In this document: positions 62,521 to 64,000 of the stretch, piece by piece
How the letters are laid out: each line of letters opens with the position of its first letter
How positions within the stretch are numbered: position 1 is the first letter of the stretch
From: Polymyxa betae A26-41
Lineage: Eukaryota > Protista > Endomyxa: Phytomyxea
NCBI GenBank assembly: GCA_003693705.1
Contig: RBZT01000278.1
Location: 1-64,000 of the forward strand
Length of the DNA stretch: 64,000 nucleotides
Reading direction: 5' to 3'
The notes under the pieces: model-generated
Told to the model about the DNA's origin: nothing
Databases searched by the model: none
What the model saw: the letters and a program-made list of their open reading frames with translations, nothing else
Position numbers and translations under genes: made by a program

Positions 62521-64000
62521 TCAGTGCTTGACACCACCATCTGATCCATCGTAGATATAATCGGTAACCCGGCTCCCATATTTCTGACGCAGTTCGGGTC
62601 GTTGATTGTAATCCAGTGGCGTAATCTGCTTGCGACAGTTCTTAGCATCACATTGGCAAGCGAACGAGTGCATCAGCGGCCCGGAACAGAACGTGGCGTA
62701 GTCCATGGTGAGCTCCTCGCCGGCCTTGATCGCCTTCCGCGCGTATACATTCAACGAGTGATTCTCGCCAAACCAAAGACTGGAGTGCAACAGCGCATCC
62801 GTGTAAACGAAACCGAAATATTAGACTGAAACAATATCACCGGACTTTGGTGAGCACGAATGGTTGATGGGTCTCCATGCTCGGAAATCGGGGCTCCACG
62901 TCACAAACACCTGAAAATCATGGCTTAATGACATTTATCTTCGTGGATTTCGTTAAGCTTACTTCTCTGGACAGCGGCCATGCGTACTGAGCGAACGCTT
63001 TTTTGTCCGGTGTATTCCAATGATTTGCGACGTGGGATTTGGTCACCAACGTGAAGCCAGAAGATTCATCCCTGAACACCACTTCGCCCTCCGGGATATC
63101 CCTGGTGGCGCAAACGTGGTACCCTTTATTGGGATGGAAAACCACCGAGCAAGGCGATACCTGTGTAACTGCTTTCAATACGGAAGTCCTTAAGAAAAGC
63201 ATGCTGTTTACCTGATGAAGCATGCGCCTGTTGCGATTGATAGCCGCTTGGATGAAATGCCGTGCTACACCAGCAGGTTTCATCTCATCCAGATCCATAA
63301 TGAGATCAGCAGTGCCATCTCGGCGAGGGTAAAACAAACCACAGTTAGGGTTGATCTCAAGCAAATAAACTTCCCCGGTTTTCGAGCAAACGCGAAGATC
63401 GGATCTTCCATAACTACCAGAGTTTTAGGAAACCAAACTAATCGATATTGTACATACCCGATTCCAGCAAGTAAATGCTCGAAAGCAGCAAGGCCAATCT
63501 GTTTAAGTTTTGACGAAAGGGCAACATCTTCGACCTGTTTCGCTTGGAAGATATCGCCTTTCCATTTCAAATCAAAATGTTTGAATGTTTCACCCTCAGG
63601 GAAAAGTATCTAAAAAGTAATCAGATACCATGCATGACCATGATAACCTGGAACCTGAATGGGTTCCAAAACTCGGTTAGGTTTGCCGTCAAGATCTTCG
63701 AAGGCAAGAACATTAACTTCGATTCCGTCAATGAATTCCTCGACGAGAACCTCCCCGAAAGCATCAATAAACCTGTCCAGAAATTAAGCACTAAGAGAGA
63801 GCGCAGCGATATACTCACCTTTTGGTCTCTTTTTCGAGGACCTCCCAGTTTTGGCATCTGGATTCTTTCGACATTCCAATACTACCATATCCACTAACAT
63901 GCTTGACAATGACGGGAAACCGCAGGTGACTGCAGACTTTTGACAAATCATCATGAGCAGTCACCCGAGCAAATGGAGGTACCTAAGCATAGGAGTTTTA
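62521..64000 (-). CDS. D-Ala-D-Ala-ligase-like ATP-grasp fused to SET/post-SET domain (5' part outside the window)
   Basis: ATP-grasp LRFPVIVKHVSGYGSIG, VLVEEFIDGIEV, FKHFDLKW, YGRSDLRV..YLLEINPNCG. SET KGYHVCATRDIPEGEVV, WRPINHSCSPN, ARKAIKAGEELTMDY; post-SET FACQCDAKNCR. Confidence 0.88.

Overview
Gene-dense eukaryotic genomic DNA, not prokaryotic. It uses the standard genetic code, has many short GT-AG introns (mostly about 45-60 nt), and intergenic gaps are often under 150 bp. About 29 protein-coding genes can be read. Housekeeping genes: NDUFA9, a FET-family RNA-binding protein, a peroxisomal adenine nucleotide carrier, ALG8, RPS26, WDR89, MIS12, HDDC2, PSMD9/Nas2, ISCA2, PEX16, RPP14, GPI, ZNHIT2 and VTA1. 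Flagellum/centriole genes: CFAP43, a giant Sfi1-like protein, ARMC9 and LRRC34. There is also a NELF-B/COBRA1 homologue. Unusual architectures: a giant membrane-anchored LEA_2/Tag1-like repeat protein ending in L-type lectin and filamin-like domains, a Gly-rich DUF7932-like protein, a HeH/LEM-like tail-anchored protein, an RRxS/tandem-repeat orphan, a small 2-TM protein missed by the ORF track, and a D-Ala-D-Ala-ligase-like ATP-grasp fused to a SET domain (cut by the window end). Mobile DNA: a dead PIF/Harbinger transposase interrupted by a CACTA-ended fragment, and a 314-bp Tourist-like MITE sitting inside a palindrome. Gene content and compactness point to a flagellated protist, possibly a phytomyxid/plasmodiophorid-like rhizarian; that taxonomy is weak inference. 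CDS coordinates are first-to-last codon spans including introns, spliced by eye. Family calls are from motif recognition, not database searches.
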